The position numbers were made by a program, and so were the translations under genes. The notes beneath the pieces are model-generated. The model saw nothing but the letters and a program-made list of their open reading frames with translations. It had not been told where the DNA came from and ran no database searches. Of a stretch of DNA of 64,000 bases, positions 1-12,578 are shown piece after piece; within the stretch, counting starts at the first letter, position 1; every line of letters starts with the position of its first letter. The DNA comes from Laetmonice hystrix (Eukaryota), in NCBI GenBank assembly GCA_965235115.1, contig OZ249436.1:14942001-15006000 (forward strand). The letters are read 5' to 3'.

Positions 1-475
1 AAGTCTAAATCTAACGCAGTTTAACTTTTTAAGCTTCCCATAGGACGACAATGGTTGCTACTAACGATTATCTACAGTCACATGTTTTCATTTGATACGG
101 GACATCACTTTCATTTAAATACCAATTATTTTTTTGGCTCTCTGTAAAGGCTGCAATGTTTCATTCATATGGGGTAGACGGACGTACATATATTCTATAC
201 GATCCACTATGCATGTATAAGGTTGAACGCAGTTAAGTTTTTAGAATGTGCGAGGGTATAGAAATTAGAGTAAATTAGCATCGAACCCGGGTTCCAAGTT
301 TAATGCAACTACACCTGTGCTACCTCCGTTAAAACATTGGGGAAAGTTTGATGATGAAGTAAACAATGGATAATCCCCATGCCATACAGACAACTCCGAT
401 ATGCAATGGATGTTAGCCTTCCCGAATTTGGGCTACCACACAGGGTTTTATGGAATTATTCACATGTTAAGCTTA

Positions 476-962
476 CACGGTGTCCCAATTTCAGATTACC
501 CCCACCATCAGATTACCGGGGGGTAATCTGAAGTTAACTTCAAATTACCCCCGGTACGTTGAAGTTGGTTTCAAAGTACCGGGGCTAACTGAAGCTAGTT
601 TCAGGTTACCCCCTACATGTCCAATCGCATTACGATCGTAGCAGCAAGAATGACCTTCTTCTTATAGTAGCTCCTAAAATACTTCATATGTGCATTGCAT
701 TAAATCTGGTAAAAAGCGCGAAAGGAGATGGTAGTGCATGTATTTTTTATTGAGTCTATAACTCGATGAAAATGTATTTTTAGTGAGGAACTACTGGCAA
801 CAACCAGAAGTAAATGAAGCTAGAAACCAAAGTTTACAAATAGATAGCTAAAAATCGGGGCATAAAAGTTTTTGTGTAAATTGGGGAGGGGGGTAATTTG
901 AAGTTAACTTCAGATTACCTGGGGGTAACTTGAATGGGGGGTAATCTGAAATTGTTACACCG
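476..962. mobile_element. MITE with about 30-bp TIR and sub-terminal inverted repeats
   Basis: Left CGGTGTCCCAATTTCAGATTACCCCC; right end reverse complement CGGTGTAACAATTTCAGATTACCCCC; inner GATTACC/GGTAATC repeats. Confidence 0.75.
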
Positions 963-1882
963 GCATTAAATACCTATGCAAGTTTTTAGTTTTCAGGGTT
1001 GTTCAGAGAAGTACACTATTTCCACCATGCACGCATGCATGTTGGGTTATTCTTGTTCCGAGAGTATGCCTGTATGATGTCATATGCTGATATATGATCT
1101 ACGGTATAGACCCCTATCTAAATGATATTAGTATTATAGCGTATTTATGTTGATTTTTTGTATCTCCTCCCATGGTTACTACAAATTCATGCTTCAGTAG
1201 TCATTTAAACACATCGAAGATAATTACTAAGTGGACCTCTTCGGGTATTTTTTGGGCGCGTATGGTAATCTTTTATATTTTGGGTATGCATCAAATCGGT
1301 TATTTTACTAAATGGGCTTTTATCTTTCCATGCAGCTCACAACAGGAGCGTGAATATAAATATGGTTTATTTCGTAGAAAAAAAAAGAGAACAATCATGG
1401 ATGGCTCATGTTCGTAGGATTAAATGAATGGTGAAACTTTCTGGATAATACATTCATTGTCGAACGGCTTCATAAAATTGGACAGAATAATATTTCAAAT
1501 ATTTCAGAAGCGACAACTTAACTCAAGTCGAATTGTTTAAAATTGTCTTATGTGAATAATGGGACAATATCGCCATCCCCAATATTTAAAAGTACGTTCT
1601 ACAGGGCTGTTAATTCACACACAGCGGAAAGGCATAAAATCAAGGTCATTCGCCCCTTCCGTACTGGGTCAGCTAGAGCCCGATAATTGCAATAGGAGTT
1701 TCTCTTTCTTAATGAGGCTCAATGTCGGGGGTGAATGTATGGATAGCATCCATATAGATAAGAACTTTACTCGTCTTGTGGTGCACCTAGGACACTTGAA
1801 GGTAGATTTTACTTCAGTCAGTAATCCGGGAGTAAGAGAATAGAATCATCAGTCATGACAAAAGGAAATGGATATTAAGATG

Positions 1883-1888
1883 TTTATT
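1883..1888 (-). terminator. Polyadenylation signal of copy 1
   Basis: AATAAA about 480 nt after the stop, conserved at the equivalent position in all six tandem copies (e.g. 6896-6901). Confidence 0.65.
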
Positions 1889-2365
1889 CATATAAAATGT
1901 AATAAGTCATGTAACAAGTCCCGGTTTTTCATTCAATCCTCGATGCTGTCAGATGTCACTACCCTTATCAACATTATCCGGCCTGGTGCAGTGTCTGTTG
2001 TTGATTATTGTCAACATTGTGTCGACGCTTCATGCCCACCAGATGAATTTTATTTCAGCGTCGATAAAAATTGCAGTACCGTACTAATGTTTCCCGGATC
2101 CCCTGTGAGAAAAGATGCTTCACTGACAGGAGTGTGGTCCACCAATAACAGCTCGATAACCTGATCCAAACACAAGGCGTCAAGTCAACTTCGTAATTGC
2201 TATTTTCAAATGCGAGTTTATCACAGTTTGATCCATCCACATAGGGTGATGCTGACTTCATAATCTCTCCCTGATGTGTTCGCCAGTTTGATGTCCTGTT
2301 CTTTAGGGAATCCGTCAGCTCACAGCCGCTGTGAAAGTTTCCGTTGTGGAGGTCAAGGTCGTAAT

Positions 2366-3248
2366 TTAGAACAGGCGCATAGCAGCGACACCTGCCGTGA
2401 GCAGCAACACCAGAGATCCTGACACGGACACTGCAGCATTCTGCCCCTGGAAATGTAGACACACATATACATGCTATTAATACCCACATAATTGGGTCAA
2501 TTTATAATACAAAGGAACCCTCTGGAAACCATAAGAAACAATACACACATATATGCCGATAACTATTGCCCCCTTTGAGGATTATCCCATTAATAGGTCG
2601 ACTATGTCGATTGTATTGTTACATTATCATGACCCGCTCACCTGAGTAGTGTTTGTTGCGGCTGCGGTTGTTGCTTCCATGGTGGTGACGGCAGCGTTGG
2701 TGACGGCGGCGTTGGTGACGGCGGCGTTGGTAACGGCGGCGTTGGTGGCACCGTCAGCGGTGGCCGCGGCCGTTACAGCGTCAGTGACTGTGGGGACGAC
2801 GGTACTCGTTGATCCCTCGCATCCAGCTGAAATTTTTATGATGAAGGAATTATTTCTCTTTTAAGAAAAAGTCAAATGAATTGAAAATTTCAGTTAAGCT
2901 GTTTCCTGCCTGTGTTGCGGATTTCACTTCAGTTGGCCTATTTCTGTATTAACTGTTTGTCGGATACCTGATGTTTGTTTTGCGTATGTAGAGGCATTGA
3001 GCTCTGATATATATTAGGCGTATGGCTTTAAACCACCACGTAGAGGTTCTGTAGGTATTATAATCCCGAATCCAATGGTTTGACCCCCCCCCCAATTTCA
3101 AATGTAATGTACTTTAGCAGGTATCTTATCAGAAGGTCTATGAGAAAGGTCTATATCAAACACGTTTATCAGTTGGTCAGATGATTTGAGTTTCCTTACC
3201 GAAGTATGCGATCAGGGAAACAGCGATCAGGGCAGCGACAGACTTCAT
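2366..3248 (-). CDS. Small putatively GPI-anchored Thr/Ala-rich glycopeptide, tandem copy 1 (104 aa)
   Basis: Coding exons 3248-3200 (MKSVAALIAVSLIAYF+G, donor GTAAGG), 2826-2642 (AGCEGSTSTVVPT...ADGAT(NAAVT)4TMEATTAAATNTTQ, TTTCAG/GTGAGC) and 2446-2366 (GQNAAVSVSGSLVLLLTAGVAAMRLF*). Phases 1 and 0 join in frame. Non-coding exon donor at 3560, TATA at 3613-3621, AATAAA at 1888-1883. Confidence 0.88.
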
Positions 3249-3612
3249 GATTGGGTTATGTTGTGTTGTGGAGCTTGAGTTTAGCGGTCGCTGCAAATCA
3301 AACATATTCAGTTCATATCTAGTTATTAGTTCTCCAAAGCAAAAGTAGCCACAATTCCAATCCAAATTGTGACGTGGTAATCATGAACTAAACAACTTTC
3401 CAAGCTAACGCATGAGTAGTATTGGCTGTGAAATGTTCTTGTGTATTAAGTATTAGACGGTAAGTGAGGAGAGTCAGCCAGTTATGAGAGATACCCCATG
3501 CTGGTACAACAGGTATCACTAATGTTGACTGTGTTTCCCATGGTCTCTTCGTATACTCACTGTTTCAATGGCTCCAGTCGGCTGTTTGCTGTCCCTTCTT
3601 GGACTCCCCCAC

Positions 3613-3621
3613 TTTTATATA
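3613..3621 (-). promoter_or_regulatory. TATA box of tandem copy 1 (TATATAAAA)
   Basis: About 55 nt upstream of the non-coding-exon donor; same position in copies 3 (13681), 4 (17793), 5 (22050) and 6 (28116); damaged in copy 2. Confidence 0.7.
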
Positions 3622-5696
3622 GGTTAACCTTAGTTCTGGTTGCCATAACACCAACACGACAAGAATAATACCTTTAGCCGTTTTAATTCGTTACACATTC
3701 GTCAAGAGATTATCCTGAGACTTATTACAATACTCCAAGAGTGTTTAACATCCGGGTAGGTATTAGCACAGGATTGCAGGGAGCAAATGCAGAGACCTGC
3801 GCGCCATCTACCGTGAACGCTAGTGCATAATCTTGAATCAAATAAGTTTTTCTATTCCTCTCTCGCGACGCCAACAATTAGGCCTATTACCGAAACATTT
3901 GATGTTTTCATTAGATATGGGAGATCTTTATACTTCACACAGAAGGCCCCCGCTATTCGTATTCATTCTACTGTAGACTTAATAGTCCATAAGTTATGTT
4001 GATATGTACATGGTTGGCCTTATGTATACAGACTAGAACATGTACTTCATAAGGGGCTCATGGCAGATGTATATTACATGGCTTCAAAACTTAAAGGTTA
4101 AATATATACGGCCAATGCGATTTATGTTTCTATCTTAAAACAGGATCCTAAATAGGAATATGTACTATTTACATGAGATGGGCTATTTCGAAAAAGAACA
4201 ACAATCGTGCAGGGCGCCCGCTTAGATGATTACCTATTTCAAACTGGCGGAGCTCCCCGAGGTTTCGGCCCCCCGAAACACTTCTACTCGGGGGGGGGGG
4301 GAGGGGGGTTGACAGATTTCAGTGGGTTTACGCTGAAACATTATGCCTTTAAAAGAACGTTGAAACTTTCTGTACAATGTACATTTGTGGTGAAATGGCT
4401 CTATAAAATTGGGCAGAATATTATTGTATTTACAATATGGGCAAAGTGACACATATTTCAGAAACTACAACTTATTCCAAGCCGAATTATGTAAATCTGG
4501 AGCAATATCGCCGTCCCCAATATATAAAAGTACGTCCTACAGGGCTATTAATTTAAACAACGGAGGAAATACACAAAATGAAGGTCATTCGACCCCCTCC
4601 ATACTGGGTCAGCTAGATCTGCCCCAAAAAGATAGGAAAACACTTTTTTCTGTGACTCCTCCAGCCCCGGATCTTCTACCAGAGATGATGGTATTAGACC
4701 ATGTCTGCTTCTACCGAACGATGACCAACGGATAATTCCATCAAGCGATACCAAACCAATCATCACTTACATACAGCCGATTACCAACCAATCCTCCCGT
4801 CAAAATGCTAAACGATCCTACATTCTATTGCTCACCGATCTTACAACCGATCACGCCTGGGCGTCATCTCATCAGGTGTGTACTTGGCGGGTGGCTACTT
4901 TTGGTGCCGTTCGAGCTGCTCTTGCAGCTGTCGCAATTCTGGGCGAAGATCACCTACCAAAAAAATTATATTATGGCTATATTCATATTTTTTGGAAATT
5001 TAAATAAAATAAGTTTTGAAGACACTTGGCTTTCTCCTTTAAAGAAAACACCAATTTCCATAGAGAAAAATATTGACTACTTTATTTTATGACTTACTGT
5101 TTTAGGCATAGCCATACCTACCCTCCCCCTACAGTGGCTACAATTATACGTCACTGCCTCCGTGGGGTAAAATCCCAGATTTCTTTCTAGTTTTGACCAT
5201 AAGAATGTATCCTCTCCAGAAACATCACTAAGTAAAACTTCGAGTGTTAAAAGGTCAGTATTTTCAGAATCGGAACGGCTCCAGTAATAATTTAGAATTG
5301 ATACTTAACCCTCTAGTGACAATTGACAGCCACTGACTAATAAGCAGATTGTGATGAAAACTGCCCCAAAGTCCTACTCGTATAGTAATATTTAGAATAA
5401 TACATATAAGATCAAATGCTTTAACTGTTCAGCTTGTCTGCAGAAATATAGCGTGCATCCCCTAAAACTCCGTCTCTGATCGATGCAGGCACCCTGAAGC
5501 GTTACCCCGACCCTGTGTCTACGAGGCTGGAGACGGCGGGGACTGCGGGTTCTAAGGGTGAGGGTCTACTCATCGCAGCCTTTTGTTTGCCTAAAATGTG
5601 TATGTATGGACAGTATCGAGTCACATGACAGTAACAAACGCTTCTAGTAGAAAACGTTCCATGAAGCTAAACGACCAACCGACAAAATCAAAATAA

Positions 5697-6351
5697 ATAG
5701 ATAGATAAATCTATAGTCTTTATTAGAGTGAAATGTGTGCATGTAGTACAGTACCTAACAAACATGACCAAACATCAACAATTTGCTAGTCACACCCAGC
5801 CCACTTGGGCTTACAAGTCACTTTATACCGAAAGTTATTCATTGATCTCTAAGTCACATGAGGAATATATACAAATTAATTATAGATAGCTTTTCGTCTT
5901 CTAAGGAAAGCATTTTTAAGCACGTCTTTACTCATTAATACAATCAACTTCTCTCTCTCCCCTTTAGACTTGAAGAACCAGGGTTATCCTCCAATACGTC
6001 TGACAATAAAATTTCTCTTAAATCTTCATAAAGATTACACTGTAGCAGAAAATGAGCTTCCGTCTCACAAATGTTATGGTTACAGAACAAACATAGCCTA
6101 AATTCAACTGGAATGTTTTGATACCGTCCAGTTTCAATTTTACTGATAACGTTCCACTTCTAAATTGGGCCAAAAATAATCGCTTTGATCTATTCATCAC
6201 TTGACAAACATAGGGTTCAATTGCATAGGCATCCTTGTAGGTACGATAAATTCTCACAGGTCTCACAGGCCCAATTTATTTCAATAGGTGTTTCATTGTT
6301 AAAAGTCAAATGAAGTCCAATCTCACCAAATATCTGGCAGAACTGTAAATT
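5697..6351 (-). mobile_element. 5'-truncated LINE (L2/CR1-group) 3' fragment
   Basis: Frameshifted RT C-terminal region (LAQFRSGTL / IETGRYQNIPVEFRLCLFC...ETEAHFLLQC), AATAAA and an (ATCT)n tail; 7-bp TSD AAAATAA at 5690-5696 and 6352-6358; absent from the homologous spacer at about 11050. Confidence 0.85.
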
Positions 6352-6499
6352 AAAATAATTCGGTTAGGATCCGATTGGTCGCCGACGTCTCCTGGACAAG
6401 CCGACTATCAACTGATACCTAATAACTTTAGGTATACACCAGCGATCTCGGCAGAGGGATCGGCTATAGGGCAGCCGACGAATCGGATAAAAAAAATGT

Positions 6500-6775
6500 G
6501 TGATCTAGCCTGTATCCCCCTACAAATTTTTAAAATTTAAGAAGTCCCGGCACATGACGTCATGCGGCACATGCAGATCCGCGTATACGAGTATCAATAT
6601 GGCTACCAAGTTTCATTGGGATATCTTGACAAATAAGCGAGACTTACTACGACTACTACTGCTACTACTACTACTACTACAACCACCACCACTGCTACGC
6701 CCATGATAATAGGGCAGACGAAACCACACAATTTCATAATCCCATTCCCCCATCAGCGGGAATGGGATAATAAGT
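6500..6775 (+). mobile_element. Non-autonomous element with (ACT)n microsatellite and 3' hairpin (Helentron/HINE-like); second copy about 11240-11500
   Basis: ACT microsatellite at about 6645-6695; hairpin CCCATTCCC...GGGAATGGG at 6741-6766 followed by ATAATAA. The class assignment is inference. Confidence 0.45.
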
Positions 6776-7384
6776 TACTCGTATTGTGGCGCACCTATGA
6801 CACTTGGACGTAGGTTTTACTTCAGTCAGTAATCCGGGAGTAAGAGAGAAGAATCATCAGTCATGACAAAAAGAAATGGATATTGTTTTAAGATGTTTAT
6901 TCATGTACAGCGTAATGAGATACATGACGAGTCCCGCGATTTTTCATTCAATCCTCGATGCTGTCAGATGTCACTACCCTTATCAACATTCTCCGGCCTG
7001 GTGCAGTGTCTGTTGTTGATTATTGTCAACATTGTGTCGACGCTTCATGCCCAACAGATAAATGTCATTTCAGCGTCGATAAGAACTGCAGTCCCGTACT
7101 ATTGTTTCCCGGGTCTCCTGTGAGAAAAGATGCTATCCTGACAGTAGTGTGGTCCACCAATAACAGCTCGATAACCTGATCCAAACACAAGGCGTCAAGT
7201 CAACTTCGTAATTGCTATTTTTAAATGCGAGTTTATCACAGTTTGATCCATCCACATAGGGTGCTGCTGACTTCATAATCTCTCCCCGATGTGTTCGCCA
7301 GTTTCTTTGATGTACTGTTCTTCAGGGAATCCGTCAGCTTGCAGACGTTGTGAAAGCTTCCATTGTGTAGGTCGAGGTCGTAAC

Positions 7385-8292
7385 TTAGAACAGGCGCATA
7401 GCAGCGACACCTGCCGTGAGCAGCAACACCAGAGATCCTGACACGGATACTGCAGCATTCTGCCCCTGGAAATATAGACACACATATACATGCTATTAAT
7501 ATCCACATAATTGGGTCAATATATTATAATACAAAGGAACCCCCTGGAAACCATAAGAAACAATACACACATATATGCCGATAACTATTGCCCCCTTTGA
7601 AGATTATCCCATTAATATGTCGACTATGTCGATTGTATGGTTCATTATCATGACCCGCTCACCTGAGTAGTGTTTGTTGCGGCTGCGGTTGTTGCTTCCA
7701 TGGTGGTGACGGCAGCGTTGGTGACGGCGGCGTTGGTAACGGCGGCGTTGGTGGCGCCGTCATTGGTGGCGCCGTCAGCGGTGGCCGCGGCCGTTACAGC
7801 GTCAGTGACTGTGGGGACGACGGTACTCGTTGATCCCTCGCATCCAGCTGAAATTTTTAAGGTGAAGGAATTATTTCTCTTTTAAGAAAAAGTCAAATGA
7901 ATTGAAAATTTCAGTTAAGCTGTTTCCTTCCTGTGTTGCGGATTTCACTTCAGTTGGCCTATTTCTCTACTAACTGTTTGTCGGATACCTGATGTTTGTT
8001 TTGCGTATGTAGAGGCATTGAGCTCTGATATATATTAGGCGTATGGCTTTAAACCACCACGTAGAGGTTCTGTAAGTATTATAATCCCGATTCCAATGGT
8101 TTGAACAAATTTCGATTCTTGACCCCCCCCCCCCCCCAATTTTAAATGTAATGTACTTTAACAGGTACCTTATCAGAAGGTCTATGAGAAAGGTCTATAT
8201 CAAACACGTTTATCAGTTGGTCAGATGATTTGGGTTTCCTTACCGAAGTATGCGATCAGGGAAACAGCGATCAGGGCAGCGACAGACTTCAT
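7385..8292 (-). CDS. Same family, tandem copy 2 (104 aa; one NAAVT unit replaced by NDGAT)
   Basis: Exons 8292-8244, 7847-7663 and 7465-7385; GT-AG sites intact; no stops or frameshifts. Confidence 0.86.
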
Positions 8293-9031
8293 GATTGGGT
8301 TATGTTGTGTTGTGGAGCTTGAGTTTAGCGGTCGCTGCAAATCAAACATATTCAGTTCATATCTAGTTATTAGTTCTCCAAAGCAAAAGTAGCCACAATT
8401 TCAATCCAAATTGTGACGTGGTAATCATGAACTAAACAACTTTCCAAGCTAACGCATGAGTAGTATTGGCTGTGAAATGTTCTTGTGTATTAAGTATTAG
8501 ACGGTAAGTGAGGAGAGTCAGCCAGTTATGAGAGATACCCCATGCTGGTACAACAGGTATCACTAATGTTGACTGTGTTTCCCATGGTCTCTTCATATAC
8601 TCACTGTTTCAATGGCTCCAGTCGGCTGTTTGCTGTCCCTTCTTGGACTCCCCGAGTTTTATGGGTTCTGGTTGCCATAACACCAACATGACAACAATAA
8701 TACCTTCAGCCGTTTTAATTCGTTACACATTCGTCAAGAGATTATCCTGAGACTTATTACAATACTACACGAGTGTTTAACATCCAGGCAGGTATTATCA
8801 GAGGATTTGCAGGGAGCAAACGCAGAGACCTGCGCGCCATCTACCGTGAACGCTAGTGCATAATCTTGAATCAAATAAGAGATCTCACGTTATATTTTTT
8901 AATCCCTCTCTCGCGACGCCAACAATTATGCCTATTACGGAAACATTTCATGTTTTCATTAGATATGGAATATCTTTATACTTCACACAGAAGGCCCCCA
9001 GCTATTCGAATTCATTCTACTGTAGACTTAA

Positions 9032-9358
9032 AGGGAATAGAAAAATTCCTCACTAACGTACCTTTGAACACCAGTAAGGTCACACCGATAAGTGGAACAC
9101 TGTCAACGGCGACTTTTTAAAAATACCGCCCGGGTCATTCGCTATTTCCCACGCGAGACAGCGGGAACTATATCTATTAATAGATTGAGATAAGGGCCAA
9201 ATAGGGTAAACAAACGGCTGAAGCCAGCGGGAGAATGTCTCTACATTTCGGTTGATTATTCCTTTATTAAAGATCAGATAATCACAGAATTGTAGGTAAG
9301 AACAAGCTTGTCCATGCTGAACACCTTTATATTGATAGTTTGAACTTTTCTATTCCCT
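9032..9358. mobile_element. Kolobok-like MITE (TTAA TSD)
   Basis: TIR AGGGAATAGAAAA(A/G)TTC; TTAA duplicated at 9028-9031 and 9359-9362; empty site GACTTAATAG present upstream of copy 1. Confidence 0.85.
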
Positions 9359-11522
9359 TTAATAGCCCAGTAGTCATTTTGATTGGCCTTATGTATAGAG
9401 ACTTATACATGTACTTCATAAGAGGCTCATGGCAGATGTGTATTACACGGCTCAAAACTTAAAGGTTAAATGTTAAAGGTTATACGGCCAATGGGATTTT
9501 ATGTTTCTATCTTAAAACAGGATCCTAAATAGGAATATGTACTATTTACACGAGATGGGCTATTTCGGAGAAAAAGACAATCATGCAGGGCGTCCACTTA
9601 GATGATTACCTTGATTTCAAAGTGGCGGAGCTTCCGAGATTTCGGCCCATGAAACAGTTCTACTGGGGGGGGGGGGGGGGGCGGTGACAGATTTCAGTGG
9701 GTTTACGCTGGAACATTATGCTTTTAAAAGAACGTTGAAACTTTCTGTACAATGTACATTTGTGGTCAAATGGCTCTATAAAATTGGGCAGAATATTATT
9801 GTATTTACAATATGGGCAAAGTGACACATATTTCAGAAACTACAACTTATCCCAAGCCGAATTGTTTAAAATTATGTAAATCTGGAGCAACATCGCCGTC
9901 CCTAATATATAAAAGTATACGTTCTACAGGGCTTTTAATTTAAACAACGCGTAGGAAATACACAAAATGAAGGTCATTCGACCCCCTCCATACTGGGTCA
10001 GCTAGATCTGCCCCAAAAAGATAGGAAAACACTTTTTTCTGTGACTCCTCCAGCCCCGGATCTTCTACCAGAGATGATGGTATTAGACCATGTCTGCTTC
10101 TACCGAACGATGACCAACGGATAATTCCATCAAGCGATACCAAACCAATCATCACTTACATACAGCCGATTACCAACCAATCCTCCCGTCAAATGCTAAA
10201 CGATCCTACATTCTATTGCTCACCGATCCCACAACTGATCACGCCTGGGCGTCATCTCATCAGGTGTGTACTTGGCGGGTGGCTACTTTTGGTGCCGTTC
10301 GAGCTGCACTTGCAGCTGTCGCAATTCTGGGTGAAGATCATCTACCAAAACACTATTAAGGCTATATTCATATTTTTTGAAATTTAAATGAAATAAGTTT
10401 TGACAACACTTGATTTTCTCCTTTAAAGAAAACACCAATTTCCATAGAGAAAAATATTGAATACTTTATTGTATGACTTACTATTTTGTTAGGCATAGCC
10501 ATACCTACCCACCCAACCCCCTACAGTGGCTACAATTATACGTCACTGCCTCCGTGGGGTAAAATCCCAGGTTTCTTTCTGGTTTTGACCATAAAAATGT
10601 ATCCTCTCCAGAAACATCACTAAGTAAAACTAGGCGTGGGTCTTCGAGTGTTAAAAGGTCAGTATTTTCAGAATCGGAACGGCTCCAGTAATAATTTACG
10701 TAACGCTCCAGTGACAATTGACAGACACTGACTAATAAGCAGATTGTGGTGCAAACTGCGCCAAAGTCCTACTCGTATGGTAATATTTAGAATAATAGAT
10801 ATAAGATCAAATGCTTAACTGTTCAGTTTGTCTGCAGAAATATAGCGTGCATCCCCTATAACTCCGTCGCTGCTCGATGCAGGGACCCGAAGCGTTACCC
10901 CGACCCTGTGTCTGCGAGGCTGGAGAAGACATGGCGGAGACTCCGGGTGCTAGGGTGAGGGTCTACTCATCGCAGCCTTTTGTTTGCCTAGAATGTGTTT
11001 GTATGGACAGTATCGAGTCACATGACAGTAACAAACGCTTCTAGTAGAAAACGTTCCATGAAGCTAAACGACCAGCCGACAAAATCAAAATAATTCCGTT
11101 AGGATCCTATTCGTCGCCGACGTCTCCTGGGCAAGCCGACTATCAACTGATACCTAATTACTTTAGGTATACAGCGGCAGAGGGATCGGCTATAGGGCAG
11201 CCGACGAATCGGATGAAAAAATGTGTGATCTAGCCTATCCCTCTACAAATCTTTAAAACTTAAGAAGTCCCGGCACATGACGTCATGCGGCACATGCAGA
11301 TCCGCGTATACGAGTATCAATATGGCTACCAGGTTTCATTGGGATATCTTGACAAATAAGCGAGACTTACTACGACTACTACTCCTACTGCGACTACTAC
11401 TACAACCACCACCACTACTACGCCCATGACAATAGGGCAGACGAAACCACACAATTTCAAAATCCCATTCCCCCATCAGCGGAAATGGGATAATAAGTTA
11501 CTCGTATTGTGGCGCACCTATG

Positions 11523-11978
11523 CTGCCGTGAAATGAAAAAAGGAAGCAAGTCCAAAAGTTCAAGTTTCGAGAAATGGTTTTCTCTAAGGCTTTCCTAAAA
11601 AGTTACATTTAGAAATTAAGTATTTGTAGTTTTAGTTTTAGAAATTCAGTATTTGTGTTATCAAATACTTTATGTACACCATTATATTGTTATGATATCA
11701 AGTAATTATTCATGTTATTCCAGGCGTGGGAAAAGTGACTTGCTTCCTTTTGTCTTGGCAACACAATTATTGGCTTTGGAATTGCTTCCATCTATCGTGA
11801 TAAATTCTGCACTTGGCTGAACTTGCTTCCTTCTGTCATGTGGCTGATAGCTTCATAGAAGGATATTTAGCAGAAATAGACCCATTGATAGATAGGACTT
11901 ACTTCCCAGAATCCAAATTTACACTTAAGTCGATTTTGATGAAAGTTGGACTTGCTTCCTTTTGTCATTTTACGGCAG
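11523..11978. mobile_element. MITE with about 33-bp imperfect TIR
   Basis: CTGCCG(T/A)..AATGA(A/C)AAAAGGAAGCAAGTCCA at both ends in inverted orientation; internal repeats of ACTTGCTTCC; absent at the homologous site near 6798. Confidence 0.8.
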
Positions 11979-12578
11979 TATCATGACACTTACAGTTGGA
12001 CGTAGATTTTACTTCAGTCAGTAATCCGGGGGTAAGAGAACAGAATCATCAGTCATGACAAAAAGAAATGGATATTGTTTTAAGATGTTTATTTATGTAC
12101 AGTGTAATTAGATACATGACGAGTCCCGCGATTTTTCATTCAATCCTCGATGCTGTCAGATGTCACTACCCTTATCAACATTCTCCGGCCTGGTGCAGTG
12201 CCTGTTGTTGATTATTGTCAACATTGTGTCGACGCTTCATGCCCAACAGATAAATGTCATTTCAGCGTCGATAAGAACTGCAGTACCGTACTAATGTTTC
12301 CCGGGTCTCCTGTGAGAAAAGATGCTATCCTGACAGGAGTGTGGTCCACCAATATAACAGCTCGATAACCTGATCCAAACACAAGGCTTCAAGTCAACTT
12401 CGTAATTGCTATTTTCAAATGCCAGTTTATCACAATTTGACCAATCCACATGGGGTGCTGCTGACTTCATAATCTCTCCCCGATGTGTTCGCCAGTTTCT
12501 TTGATGTACTGTTCTTCAGGGAATCCGTCGGCTCACAGACGCTGTGAAAGCTTCCGTTGTGGAGGTCGAGGTAGTAAC

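Noticed and set aside
275-330. Possible reverse-strand tRNA/SINE head (CGAACCCGGG)
   Set aside because: Only a B-box-like match with a weak A box; too short to support.
1868-2164. Recurrent plus-strand ORF ...MLSDVTTLINI...YCQHCVDASCP...
   Set aside because: It recurs only because the 3'UTR was duplicated; start and length vary between copies and there is no promoter or splice support.
2055-2489. Cys-rich ORF overlapping exon 3 and the 3'UTR in another frame (AECCSVRVR...)
   Set aside because: The frame is broken differently among copies by non-triplet indels and stops, and it does not fit the phase-0 intron.
2649-2864. Plus-strand ORFs MFVAAAVVASMVVTAALVT... (also 7670, 12866, 16980, 21249, 27325, 32140, 38640, and 34061 on the minus strand)
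   Set aside because: Antisense shadows of the Thr/Ala-rich exons; the splice sites, TATA and poly(A) signals all support the opposite strand.
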